A program made the translations under genes and the position numbers. From NCBI GenBank assembly GCA_964633115.1, contig CAZWEO010000001.1:78162-142161 (forward strand): DNA of 64,000 nucleotides. The letters run 5' to 3'. This document shows, piece by piece, positions 43,155 through 51,766 of the stretch (position 1 is its first letter; every line of letters begins with the position of its first letter). The notes beneath the pieces were generated by a model, which did no database searches, had not been told where the DNA came from, and saw only the letters and a program-made list of their open reading frames with translations. The DNA is from an uncultured Desulfobacterales bacterium (GTDB lineage Bacteria > Desulfobacterota > Desulfobacteria > Desulfobacterales > B30-G6).

Positions 43155-43173
43155 GATAGTTTAGGAGCAAGCT

Positions 43174-43521
43174 ATGGGGTCAACGCCTGAACAGGAAAAG
43201 CAAAGAAAAAAAGCCATATTTGATGCCATGTCTTCGCGTCGTCAGCGCCATATTTTAAAAAAGGGTTATGACCGCTGGGATCCGTTTCAGGAGCCCAAAG
43301 ACCCCATCGATATCCGCAAAGATAAAAGTAAGCGCACGACGCAGATGTTGGTACGGGAATTCCTCCAGGAAAAGGATGCCGATAGCTATAGTTCCGCCTA
43401 TGGCCGCGGCGTATTGGAAATTGCGCTGGGAATAGTGAACAATGAGGACCAATTTACCGGCATGTATGAATTTTCGGTTTGGTATCGTGATTTGCTGGTC
43501 CGCGAGGGACACGAAAAGTAA
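43174..43521 (+). CDS. Hypothetical protein (115 aa, basic N-terminus)
   Basis: ORF with an AGGAG RBS identical in context to the preceding gene. No recognisable family. Confidence 0.5.
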   Translation: MGSTPEQEKQRKKAIFDAMSSRRQRHILKKGYDRWDPFQEPKDPIDIRKDKSKRTTQMLVREFLQEKDADSYSSAYGRGVLEIALGIVNNEDQFTGMYEFSVWYRDLLVREGHEK

Positions 43522-43592
43522 ATTGCTCTGTCGAGCTGAAAAAAATTGGCGTCTCGCTTTTACGTCGAATCGAAACTTTATTATGACGATCG

Positions 43593-44507
43593 CTATAGTG
43601 ACGCAACAAAATCACAAATGGCCTCAGCGGTTTCTTGGGGCCTTTCCATGGGCACGAAATGGCTGGTATCCTTAAAGCAACGTAGTATAGCCTGGGGGAC
43701 CTGGGCTTGAAACCGTTTGGCGGCAGGCGCTAAAAAGGTATCGGATTTGTCGCCATAAAGGACCAAAACCGGTTGCGTGATTTTGGGAATATAATGCCAG
43801 AGATCATGCGGGTAAGCGGAAAAGCAGCGCGCTTCCCAAGCAGGCTCACAGGCCAAACGGATGCTGCCGTCATTTGTTTTGTGGGCCCCATCTTCGATAT
43901 AACCTTCTAAAAAACCTTCGCGCCATGCTTTAAACATACTTTTTGATTGGTATGTTCGCAAGATTGTCTCCCGATCGGGCCATGCTGGATTTCGTTTAGC
44001 AGCCCTGGCTGCAATGGGATAAAATCGGCTTAAAAGGCTCAGCCGGGCAAAATAAACAAACCACGTGTAATAGGCCGGTAGGATGGTTGGGTCGATCAAG
44101 ACTAAAGCCCGTACGCGTTCGGGTTTACGCAATGCCAGCAGCATGCTAGCAACAGCACCCCGGGAATGACCCATGGCGATGATGGGCTGATCAATCAGCG
44201 TAAATAATCCCTCCAGATCATCCACGAAAATATCCCAATTTTTTAGTTTGTGAACGTCTGCAAGAACGGTGGTTTTACCGTGTCCGCGATCGTCCATACC
44301 AACAACATGCATCCTGGGCTGTAGTAACTTGACAAGCGGTGTATAGGCAGCGGCGCAAAGTCCGGTGGCATGCGCCAAATGGGCCATGGGACCGGCGCCA
44401 CCCCAATCAATATAATGAAACAGGCCGTCCGTTGCGGGGTAATAAAGATCTTGGTTTAATTGTTCTGCAGCCATTGTTTCATCAGAGGAACCAATTCCTG
44501 AGACCAT
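43593..44507 (-). CDS. Alpha/beta-fold hydrolase
   Basis: 304 aa. HG oxyanion region (AHATGL), nucleophile elbow GHSRG, C-terminal DTSHF (His). Start uncertain (44507 or 44474). Confidence 0.8.
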   Translation of the reverse strand: MVSGIGSSDETMAAEQLNQDLYYPATDGLFHYIDWGGAGPMAHLAHATGLCAAAYTPLVKLLQPRMHVVGMDDRGHGKTTVLADVHKLKNWDIFVDDLEGLFTLIDQPIIAMGHSRGAVASMLLALRKPERVRALVLIDPTILPAYYTWFVYFARLSLLSRFYPIAARAAKRNPAWPDRETILRTYQSKSMFKAWREGFLEGYIEDGAHKTNDGSIRLACEPAWEARCFSAYPHDLWHYIPKITQPVLVLYGDKSDTFLAPAAKRFQAQVPQAILRCFKDTSHFVPMERPQETAEAICDFVASL

Positions 44508-44983
44508 TGATTAGATACCCTTAGGTTCAGAAACTTTTCAAATAAGATGTCAATATACGTGTGGATCTGTTCCAATAAATAGACCTTTTCCAGCACGGCA
44601 GCTTCAATTTCTTCATCGTTTTCAATCGGACCCAGGCTGGAAATACGCATATTGGCAACCGCTAGGCTTTCACCCTTAAGGTTGAATTCCCAGGTAGTTT
44701 CTTTGGACTTTGCTTCCAGTGAAATCTCTGTGACCAAGGCGCCTTGCTGAAGCGGTAGAAACCCGGTTTCAAAATTGGAATAACCGCCTTTAATCGTGAT
44801 GGTTTCAGCATGATTCTCACGCGGGTTCTCCAGGACCATGCGCTTACCCATGGCCAATGCCATGGCGGGTAAATCCGAATGCCTTAAAACAGCATCGTCC
44901 TTTTCAATGAGGTACCAAAGCCATGTCAGGAACTCATGGCCAATAAATTTAAAGCGGTTGTAAGCAGTTGCGGTATCGAGCAT
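44456..44983 (-). CDS. RdgC-like protein, C-terminal-half equivalent
   Basis: ATG at 44983, with GAGG 8 nt upstream. It begins 4 nt after the stop of the upstream ORF. Reads MLDTATAYNRFKFIGHEFLTWLWY..., collinear by eye with the C-terminal half of E. coli RdgC. Confidence 0.5.
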   Translation of the reverse strand: MLDTATAYNRFKFIGHEFLTWLWYLIEKDDAVLRHSDLPAMALAMGKRMVLENPRENHAETITIKGGYSNFETGFLPLQQGALVTEISLEAKSKETTWEFNLKGESLAVANMRISSLGPIENDEEIEAAVLEKVYLLEQIHTYIDILFEKFLNLRVSNQWSQELVPLMKQWLQNN

Positions 44984-44987
44984 GGAT

Positions 44988-45602
44988 TTACCTCTGAAAT
45001 GTTGTGGGTGATAGGCTGAGCAGTTGATCGCGGTCAAATGCAGACATATTGGGATTTGATTCAGCAAAGCTGAAAGGGAAGATCCGCTTGAGGGTCAATC
45101 CGAATGAAGTTTTAAAAAGTGTTTCCACTATTTCATTGGGTCCCTTCAGGTGCGTAAAGAACCAAACCAGCGAGGATTCATAATTCCAAAGAACGTTGTA
45201 GATATTTGGCGTGGCGGGAATTCGTAGGTATAAAAGATTAACAACATGTTCTTTGATCATCTGTTTTTCATTCTTGGACAAAAATTCACGGCCGCTAGCC
45301 GCACATTTTTTGGCGATTTCTATGGCCATATATTTCTGAATGAGTTTGGAAGGGATCGTTTTTTTATCGATTCGTAAAGAAAACAGAAAATAGCTGCCGT
45401 ACACGAATGAGAACCCCTCAAAATTGGGAGTGTAAGGGTCTTGGAATGAGGTCCAGCCGGATGATAGGGCTGTCTCAACGTCATCAATATCCGGTATGCG
45501 GTTGTTATCTAGTCCGGTATAGACGGTTTCTGTAATGGGGTTTTCAAGTTTTTCCAGTACATGGTAGCGCGTAATGGATGTGGCACTTGCAAGTAAGCTC
45601 AT
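44988..45602 (-). CDS. RdgC-like protein, N-terminal-half equivalent
   Basis: 204 aa. Collinear by eye with the first ~160 aa of RdgC: ITRYHV, SGWTSF, SLRIDKKTIPSKLIQK, EKQMIKEHVVNLLYLRIPATP.... Confidence 0.55.
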   Translation of the reverse strand: MSLLASATSITRYHVLEKLENPITETVYTGLDNNRIPDIDDVETALSSGWTSFQDPYTPNFEGFSFVYGSYFLFSLRIDKKTIPSKLIQKYMAIEIAKKCAASGREFLSKNEKQMIKEHVVNLLYLRIPATPNIYNVLWNYESSLVWFFTHLKGPNEIVETLFKTSFGLTLKRIFPFSFAESNPNMSAFDRDQLLSLSPTTFQR

Positions 45603-45694
45603 TAAGTATCCTTTATCTGGTTGTAATTTTGTTTAGAATCAATCTTAATCGGGCATAGACTTAAGGTAAATATTGTAATTTCAAATGGTTATAT

Positions 45695-45724
45695 TAAAAA
45701 GACGCGGGAATCCCATTCTCCCCG
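45695..45724 (-). terminator. Putative intrinsic terminator downstream of the ABM gene
   Basis: On the minus strand: GCGGG...CCCGC stem followed by GTCTTTTTAATAT. Confidence 0.4.
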
Positions 45725-45850
45725 CATGGGAACGGAAGGCTATATTCGAAAAGGCTAGAGATAAGGATGGAAAATGTGAAATGCTGTGTAATCCTAAATG
45801 GTTATGATCTATGCCCCTTAAAGTGTTCGAGGCCAGACCATTACCGCGGT

Positions 45851-46153
45851 TTACCCGGATTGCTTGAAACCCACGACATATTCTTGGAATTCCGTTGGTT
45901 TTTGCTGATAAATATCGAGCATGGCCTCCAGGTTATTACGCTCTGCATTTGCCTTCCAGGCCTGCCAATTTTCAAGGTTTTGCCAGGTGCTGATCACCAT
46001 CATGTTGTTGGCATCGTCGGGTGCTGACATGGTCAGACCCGATACATACCCAGGCTGCTGCATGGCGATGGACCTGAGTTTGTTGAGAAGGTTGAGAATC
46101 TCCCTCTCATTTCCAGGTTTAAATTGCCTGTTGATCAGTATTTTTGCGAGCAT
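45851..46153 (-). CDS. Antibiotic-biosynthesis-monooxygenase (ABM/Dabb) domain protein
   Basis: The ORF track starts at 46198, inside the upstream gene. The ATG at 46153 has a GGGAGG RBS. About 100 aa with a ferredoxin-like ABM pattern (...VISTWQNLENWQAW...). Confidence 0.75.
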   Translation of the reverse strand: MLAKILINRQFKPGNEREILNLLNKLRSIAMQQPGYVSGLTMSAPDDANNMMVISTWQNLENWQAWKANAERNNLEAMLDIYQQKPTEFQEYVVGFKQSG

Positions 46154-46164
46154 GGGAACCTCCC

Positions 46165-47292
46165 TTAAACCATAAAGCTCCATAATATACCGGCACAAAT
46201 GGCCGATCCGATAACGCCGGATGAATTGCAGGCCATGGCATGCATCAGTAAATAATTGCTGGGATCTTCTTTTTGCCCCTGGAGATGTACCTCGCGAGCG
46301 GAACCCGGAACGGCCGACACACCGGCGGCGCCTAGTAAGGGATTGATTTTGTCTTTCATAAACAGGTTCATCAGTTTGGCGAATAGAACGCCGGATGCCG
46401 TTGCAATGCTAAAGGCCACGGCCCCCAAAAAGAAAATACCCACTGATTTTGGCGTCAGAAAAACATCGCCCTGGGTACTGGCGCCAACTGTAAACCCCAG
46501 AAAGATGGTGGCCGTGTCGATAATAGAGGATGCGGCGGTCTTGGCCAGTCGATCCACAACACCAGACACTTTCATGAGATTGCCAAAGAAAAAGGGTCCT
46601 AAAAGCGGTATCGAAGCCGGTGCCAAATAACAACAAAGGACCACACCAATTACAGGAAAAAGAAGCAACTCTTTGCGTGAAACTGTTCTATCGGTATCGG
46701 GCATCTTGATGAGCCGCTCTTCCTTGGTGGTCAGCAGTCGCATGATGGGTGGCTGAATGATGGGGATTAAGGCCATGTAGGAGTAAGCGGCAATTGCTAC
46801 GGGCCCAATCAGATGCGGCGCCAGCTTGGCAGTCAGGAAGATGGATGTGGGCCCGTCCGCGCCGCCGATAATGGCGATGGATCCGGCTTCCTTGGGCATG
46901 AAACCCAGCGCCAAGGCACTCAACAGCGTGAAATAAATACCCATTTGAGCGGCAGCCCCCAACAGCATGAGCTTGGGGCGTGTCAACAGGGAGGAGAAAT
47001 CGGTCATGGCGCCCAAACCCAAAAAGACAATCGACGGATACAGACCCGAGGTCACGCCAAAATAGAGATAATGGAGGACGCTGTTGGATTCGTAAATGCC
47101 CAGGCCGAAGCCTTTGAAAAATGGAATGTTGCCGATAATGACGCCAAACCCAATGGGCAGCAGCAGCAGCGGTTCGTATTCCTTGGCGATGGCCAAATAT
47201 ACAAAGGTGCAGCCGACCGCCATCATAATCAGGTAGCGGTAGTCGGTCAGGAAGAAACCCGTGTTTGTTATAAACTGTAAAAATAATTCCAT
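46165..47292 (-). CDS. Na+-translocating decarboxylase beta subunit (OadB/GcdB/MmdB family)
   Basis: 375 aa polytopic membrane protein with family blocks (EYEPLLLLPIGFG, IIGGADGPT, GAAGVSAVP). Confidence 0.9.
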   Translation of the reverse strand: MELFLQFITNTGFFLTDYRYLIMMAVGCTFVYLAIAKEYEPLLLLPIGFGVIIGNIPFFKGFGLGIYESNSVLHYLYFGVTSGLYPSIVFLGLGAMTDFSSLLTRPKLMLLGAAAQMGIYFTLLSALALGFMPKEAGSIAIIGGADGPTSIFLTAKLAPHLIGPVAIAAYSYMALIPIIQPPIMRLLTTKEERLIKMPDTDRTVSRKELLLFPVIGVVLCCYLAPASIPLLGPFFFGNLMKVSGVVDRLAKTAASSIIDTATIFLGFTVGASTQGDVFLTPKSVGIFFLGAVAFSIATASGVLFAKLMNLFMKDKINPLLGAAGVSAVPGSAREVHLQGQKEDPSNYLLMHAMACNSSGVIGSAICAGILWSFMV

Positions 47293-47316
47293 GTTGTATT
47301 AACCTTTAAGGCCTTT

Positions 47317-47724
47317 CTATTGACGTTTCCAGCTAAAGCGTCCCTCTTCGGCTGCCACCAGATAGCCTTGTTCACGCAATGAGCGAATGGTCAGATGGGG
47401 GTGCGGATCGTCGTTTTGAATAAAAATCTGATGAAGGGTGGCCAGATCGAACGAATCGCCGGTATCCGTCGTCATCAATGAGAATCGTTCTACGGATGGG
47501 CCCATGTCCGATAGGGTTGCCGGCGCCGGCTGGATACCGGTTACGAAGGCCGGCTCCTCAGCGGCCGGCGTCTTTTTGTTTCCGCGGTTCTCCAGAAAAT
47601 CGACTATTCGGTGCAACTGAGAGATTATGGCCGACAGCACCGTCAGTCCGGTCATAACGATAATTGCGCCGGTGATGGCCATGGCCCAACCGTTATGGGC
47701 ATTGATTGCTTCAAGTCCGTACAA
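47317..47724 (-). CDS. OadG-like small membrane subunit with extra soluble C-terminal domain
   Basis: The ORF track starts at ATG 47754, which has no RBS. The TTG at 47724 lies 6 nt after a perfect AAGGAGG. A single N-terminal TM helix (WAMAITGAIIVMTGLTVLSAIISQL) resembles decarboxylase gamma subunits. The C-terminal ~80 aa are unassigned. Confidence 0.5.
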   Translation of the reverse strand: MYGLEAINAHNGWAMAITGAIIVMTGLTVLSAIISQLHRIVDFLENRGNKKTPAAEEPAFVTGIQPAPATLSDMGPSVERFSLMTTDTGDSFDLATLHQIFIQNDDPHPHLTIRSLREQGYLVAAEEGRFSWKRQ

Positions 47725-47940
47725 AGCGTACCTCCTTGTTTTGTATGCGTACATTCTCTTTGGGAAGAATTACACCGCTATATTTTGCTCTGTCAACAAC
47801 AAAGCATGAAAAGGTTGATTGGGTTTCATCAAGTGGTTGACTTAGGCCGGAAGTCTATCGTATGAAAAACCTTTAACTCTTCGGTTCAGATTTCTTGAGG
47901 AAAATTGAATTTATTCGAAACCATTGGAAAGGAGTGTAAA

Positions 47941-49095
47941 ATGAAACGTTTTTATTGTCTGTTGGCTGTCTGCCTTTGCGTACTGCTTGCTACCGGTGTT
48001 GCTACCGCCGAAGCCAAAAAACTGAAAGCTGGTTTTGTCTATGTAGGACCCGTGGGAGATTATGGCTGGTCGCATGCCCACGATGTGGGCCGCAAGTACG
48101 CGATGGAAAAACTGCCCTGGTTGGAAACCGTTTATATTGAATCCGTGGCCGAGGCAGATTCCGCACGAATTGTAGACCGTTTTATCCAGGAGCAAAAATG
48201 TGATGTGGTTTTCACCACGTCATTCGGCTACATGGATGATACCATTAAGGCCGGTATGAAATATCCAGACAAACATTTCATGCATTGCTCCGGGTTCAAA
48301 CAGAGTAAAAATGTGGGCACCTATTTTGCTGACCTCTATCAAACCTATTACCTGAACGGACTCATGGCCGGCGCCATGACCAAAACAGACAAAATCGGTT
48401 ATGTGGCCGCATTTCCGATTCCCGAACTGGTGCGGCATATTAATGCCTTTGCCCTGGGAATCAAAGATGCCAACCCGAAAGCCGAGGTTCACGTCAAGTG
48501 GATCTATGCCTGGTACGGCCCGGACAAAGCCAAGGAGGCATCTGAGGCCCTGATAGCCGAAGGTTGTGACACGTTGGCTTTTACCGAGGACACCCCCGCC
48601 GTAATCGAAGTCGGTCAGGAACATTCTGAAAAAGGCAAACAGATCTACACCTACAGTCACTACAGTCCCATGCAGGCTTACGGAAAGGACTCCGTGGTAT
48701 CGGGCCAATTGTGTGACTGGGGCGTCATGTATGTCAAGATTCTCCAAGATTTGTATGACGGTTCCTGGACCAACAAAGACTATTGGTGGCTGATGAAGGA
48801 AAAGGCCGTTATACTGGGTGGTGATTACAACAGTATCGTCAATCCAAAGTTTGCACCTGAGTTGAAGTCCACCATGCTCAGCACCAAGGATTTCGGCAGA
48901 CTATCTGTCTACGACCTGGTGGTCAAGCGATACGGGCAGATGCAACAAGGGCAAGACGTTTTCGATCCGTACGAGGGGCCCATCTATGACAATACCGGTC
49001 AACTTAAGATAAAAGCCGGAACGCGGGCTTCCAAAGGGGATCTGCTCGGCATCATGTATTATGTGGACAATGTGGCTGGCAGTATTCCCAAATAA
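47941..49095 (+). CDS. BMP-family (PnrA/Med-like) ABC substrate-binding lipoprotein/periplasmic protein
   Basis: The ORF track starts at 47905. The ATG at 47941 has a GGAAAGGAG RBS. Signal peptide, then GFVYVGPVGDYGWSHAH, typical of the BMP family. Confidence 0.85.
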   Translation: MKRFYCLLAVCLCVLLATGVATAEAKKLKAGFVYVGPVGDYGWSHAHDVGRKYAMEKLPWLETVYIESVAEADSARIVDRFIQEQKCDVVFTTSFGYMDDTIKAGMKYPDKHFMHCSGFKQSKNVGTYFADLYQTYYLNGLMAGAMTKTDKIGYVAAFPIPELVRHINAFALGIKDANPKAEVHVKWIYAWYGPDKAKEASEALIAEGCDTLAFTEDTPAVIEVGQEHSEKGKQIYTYSHYSPMQAYGKDSVVSGQLCDWGVMYVKILQDLYDGSWTNKDYWWLMKEKAVILGGDYNSIVNPKFAPELKSTMLSTKDFGRLSVYDLVVKRYGQMQQGQDVFDPYEGPIYDNTGQLKIKAGTRASKGDLLGIMYYVDNVAGSIPK

Positions 49096-49115
49096 TATAT
49101 AATCTCAAACGCAAA

Positions 49116-49147
49116 GGGGGTGTCTCCGGACACCCCCCTTATTTTTC
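49116..49147 (+). terminator. Intrinsic terminator/attenuator between SBP and ATPase genes
   Basis: GGGGGTGTC-tccg-GACACCCCC followed by CTTATTTTT. Ends 4 nt before the next ATG. Confidence 0.6.
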
Positions 49148-49150
49148 CAT

Positions 49151-50677
49151 ATGAAAAAAATCACCCAGCTTGAGATGGTCGGCATATCCAAGGCGTTCCA
49201 TGGTGTTCCGGCCAATGATCAAATTAATCTTGCGGTTCAATCCGGGGAAATTTTAGGCTTGTTGGGTGAAAACGGCGCGGGTAAAACCACGCTGATGAAT
49301 ATTTTGTATGGCTTGTATCAGCCCGATGCAGGAGAAATCCGCATCAATGGCAAAGCCGTGAAGATTCGCACACCCCTGGAATCGATTCAGGTGGGCATCG
49401 GCATGGTGCATCAGCATTTCATGCTGATTCAAAACCATAGTGCCGCCGAAAATATTGCCCTGGGCTATAAAAATACCCCCTTTTTGTTCCCTCAAAAAAA
49501 AATCAACGACAGCATCATCCAGTTTTCCAAGAAGTTCAATTTTATCATCGATCCCCAAAAAAAAGTTTGGCAGCTATCCGCCGGCGAACAGCAACGCATC
49601 GAAATTATCAAAGCGCTTATCAATGGGGCCGATCTGCTGATTTTGGATGAACCCACCTCGGTTCTGACGCCCCAGGAAATCAAGGATCTGTTTGTGATCC
49701 TCAATCAGATGAAAGCCGATGGTCATATGATCATTCTGATCAGCCACAAGCTGGATGAAATCATGGATCTTTGTGACCGCGTGACGGTATTGAGCAAAGG
49801 AACTGTGGTGGGACATGCCCAAACCAGTGAGGTCGACAAAAAGGCTCTGGCACGGATGATGATTGGACGCGATGTTATATTTAATATCGAAAAAGAGGAG
49901 ATCCCTAGGGAAAAAGAAGTCCTGACAGTGGAACATCTTTCAGTAACCGGAGACAAAGGCATCTCCATGGTCAAGGATATGTCCTTTAGTATTTATAAAA
50001 ACGAAATATTTGGCATCGCTGGTGTCTCCGGAAACGGCCAAAGAGAGCTGGTGGAAGCCATTACCGGACTCAGAAAAAGTGATAGCGGAACGATTCAGAT
50101 CAACGGGGTCGACATCACCAATGTGTCTCCGCGGATGGTCTATGATCAAGGCATTTCACATGTGCCTGAAGAACGGATTAAGTTCGGCATCGCTCCGGGA
50201 TTGTATCTTTATGAAAATTCTATTTTAAAACAACATCACCTGGATAAATATACACGCCATAAATTTCTGACTTATAAAAATATTAAAGAGCACGCTAACC
50301 AATTGGTAAAGGCCTTTCAGGTCAAGACACCCTCCATTCAGATAGAAACCAAGAACTTGTCCGGCGGGAATATTCAAAAACTCATTCTGGGACGGGAAAT
50401 CAGCGAGTCACCACCGCTTTTGGTGGCCTCACATCCCACCTACGGTCTGGACGTGGGTGCCACAGAGTACCTTCGGAAACAACTCCTGCAAAGACGGAAG
50501 GAAGGTGGTGCCGTCTTGCTGGTCTCGGAAGATTTAGAAGAAATTTTTGAACTCTGCGACCGCATCGCCGTGATATTTCAAGGTGAATTCATGGGAGTCC
50601 TGGAGGCCGATGATTCGCGCCTGTGCGATATCGGTATGATGATGGCGGGTTCCACACGACTGGATCCATCATGTTAA
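49151..50677 (+). CDS. ABC transporter ATP-binding protein, duplicated ATPase (sugar/nucleoside type)
   Basis: 508 aa. First half has GENGAGKTT, LSAGEQQRIEI, ILDEPTS. Second half is a degenerate cassette (GVSGNGQ, LSGGNIQK). Confidence 0.9.
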   Translation: MKKITQLEMVGISKAFHGVPANDQINLAVQSGEILGLLGENGAGKTTLMNILYGLYQPDAGEIRINGKAVKIRTPLESIQVGIGMVHQHFMLIQNHSAAENIALGYKNTPFLFPQKKINDSIIQFSKKFNFIIDPQKKVWQLSAGEQQRIEIIKALINGADLLILDEPTSVLTPQEIKDLFVILNQMKADGHMIILISHKLDEIMDLCDRVTVLSKGTVVGHAQTSEVDKKALARMMIGRDVIFNIEKEEIPREKEVLTVEHLSVTGDKGISMVKDMSFSIYKNEIFGIAGVSGNGQRELVEAITGLRKSDSGTIQINGVDITNVSPRMVYDQGISHVPEERIKFGIAPGLYLYENSILKQHHLDKYTRHKFLTYKNIKEHANQLVKAFQVKTPSIQIETKNLSGGNIQKLILGREISESPPLLVASHPTYGLDVGATEYLRKQLLQRRKEGGAVLLVSEDLEEIFELCDRIAVIFQGEFMGVLEADDSRLCDIGMMMAGSTRLDPSC

Positions 50678-51747
50678 AGATAAACGTTACCGACCGAATT
50701 AAAGTCACACCCAGAACGACTTTGCTCACCTTGATGTTCTCTTTGCTGGCAGGGCTTTTTACCATTGGGCTGATTTTTCTGTTTTCCGGTGTAAATCCAT
50801 TATTTGCGTTTTATAAGATCTTCTCCGGGTCATTTGGTTCTACCTACGGGATCAAAGAGACTATCACCAAAGCGATTCCCCTGATTCTCATCGGAGGCGG
50901 ACTGGCCATGGCTTTCAGGGCCAAGTTCTGGAACATTGGGGCTGAGAGTCAGTTACTCATGGGTGCTATTTTCGGCACCTGGATGGGGCTTGCTTGGGGA
51001 CCCAATCTACCGTCTTATGTGATTGTGCCCTTGATGTTTTTGGCGGGATTTTTCGGCGGTGCCTTGTGGGGCGTTATCCCGGCGATTTTGAAAATAAAAT
51101 TCGCCATCAATGAAGTTATCTCCACCTTGATGATGAATTATATTTGCGCCGAATTTATGATCTTTCTGATTGTGGGACCCTGGAAGGGCAAAACAAAATT
51201 CGGCTTTCCCTACACGGACGACTTGCCGGCATCAGCGATCTTGGGCCTTATCCCGGGCTCTCGTATTCATTATATTACGCTCATGGTCGCTTTAATCTCC
51301 GCTGTTGTGCTGGCCCTGATCATGTATAAAACCCGATTCGGTTATGAGGTTCGGGTGATCGGCGAAAATCCGGAAGCCGGCAAATATGCCGGCATCGATT
51401 TTTTCAAGACAACTGTCATAATAATGGCCATCAGCGGTGGTGTGGCTGGGCTGGCCGGTGTGGGCGAAGCGGCCGGCATTCATCATTACCTGAGTTACCC
51501 CGCCACCATATCATCTGGTTATGGATTTACCGCCATAATCGTGGCCTGGCTGGCGAAGCTGAACCCGTTATTTGTGATTGTATCCGGACTTTTTTTCGCC
51601 GGTATTCTGGTGGGGGGTGATGCCATCCAGATATCTTTGGGCCTACCGGCTGCGTCGGTGGCAGTATTTAACGGAACATTGTTGGTGTTCCTAATTATGG
51701 GGGATTACTTTTTAAAACATAGGGTTCGTATCGCCTGGCGAAGCTAA
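50671..51747 (+). CDS. ABC transporter permease
   Basis: The ORF track starts at 50623. The ATG at 50671 overlaps the upstream stop (ATGTTAA). Polytopic. Confidence 0.85.
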   Translation: MLKINVTDRIKVTPRTTLLTLMFSLLAGLFTIGLIFLFSGVNPLFAFYKIFSGSFGSTYGIKETITKAIPLILIGGGLAMAFRAKFWNIGAESQLLMGAIFGTWMGLAWGPNLPSYVIVPLMFLAGFFGGALWGVIPAILKIKFAINEVISTLMMNYICAEFMIFLIVGPWKGKTKFGFPYTDDLPASAILGLIPGSRIHYITLMVALISAVVLALIMYKTRFGYEVRVIGENPEAGKYAGIDFFKTTVIIMAISGGVAGLAGVGEAAGIHHYLSYPATISSGYGFTAIIVAWLAKLNPLFVIVSGLFFAGILVGGDAIQISLGLPAASVAVFNGTLLVFLIMGDYFLKHRVRIAWRS

Positions 51748-51766
51748 GGTTTATAGGACAGCATAT

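Noticed and set aside
42445-43176. Identical 14-nt translation-initiation context AGGAGCAAGCTATG at two consecutive genes (42445..42458 and 43163..43176)
   Set aside because: It is real in the sequence but short. It is most simply an RBS-plus-spacer coincidence or a small local duplication, and no further structure is attached.
44983-45067. The 80-nt overlap of the two RdgC-like ORFs in the track as evidence of a simple frameshift pseudogene
   Set aside because: The second ORF has its own ATG and RBS 4 nt after the first stop, so the overlap is just an upstream in-frame extension. Pseudogenisation is still listed as the alternative in the finding.
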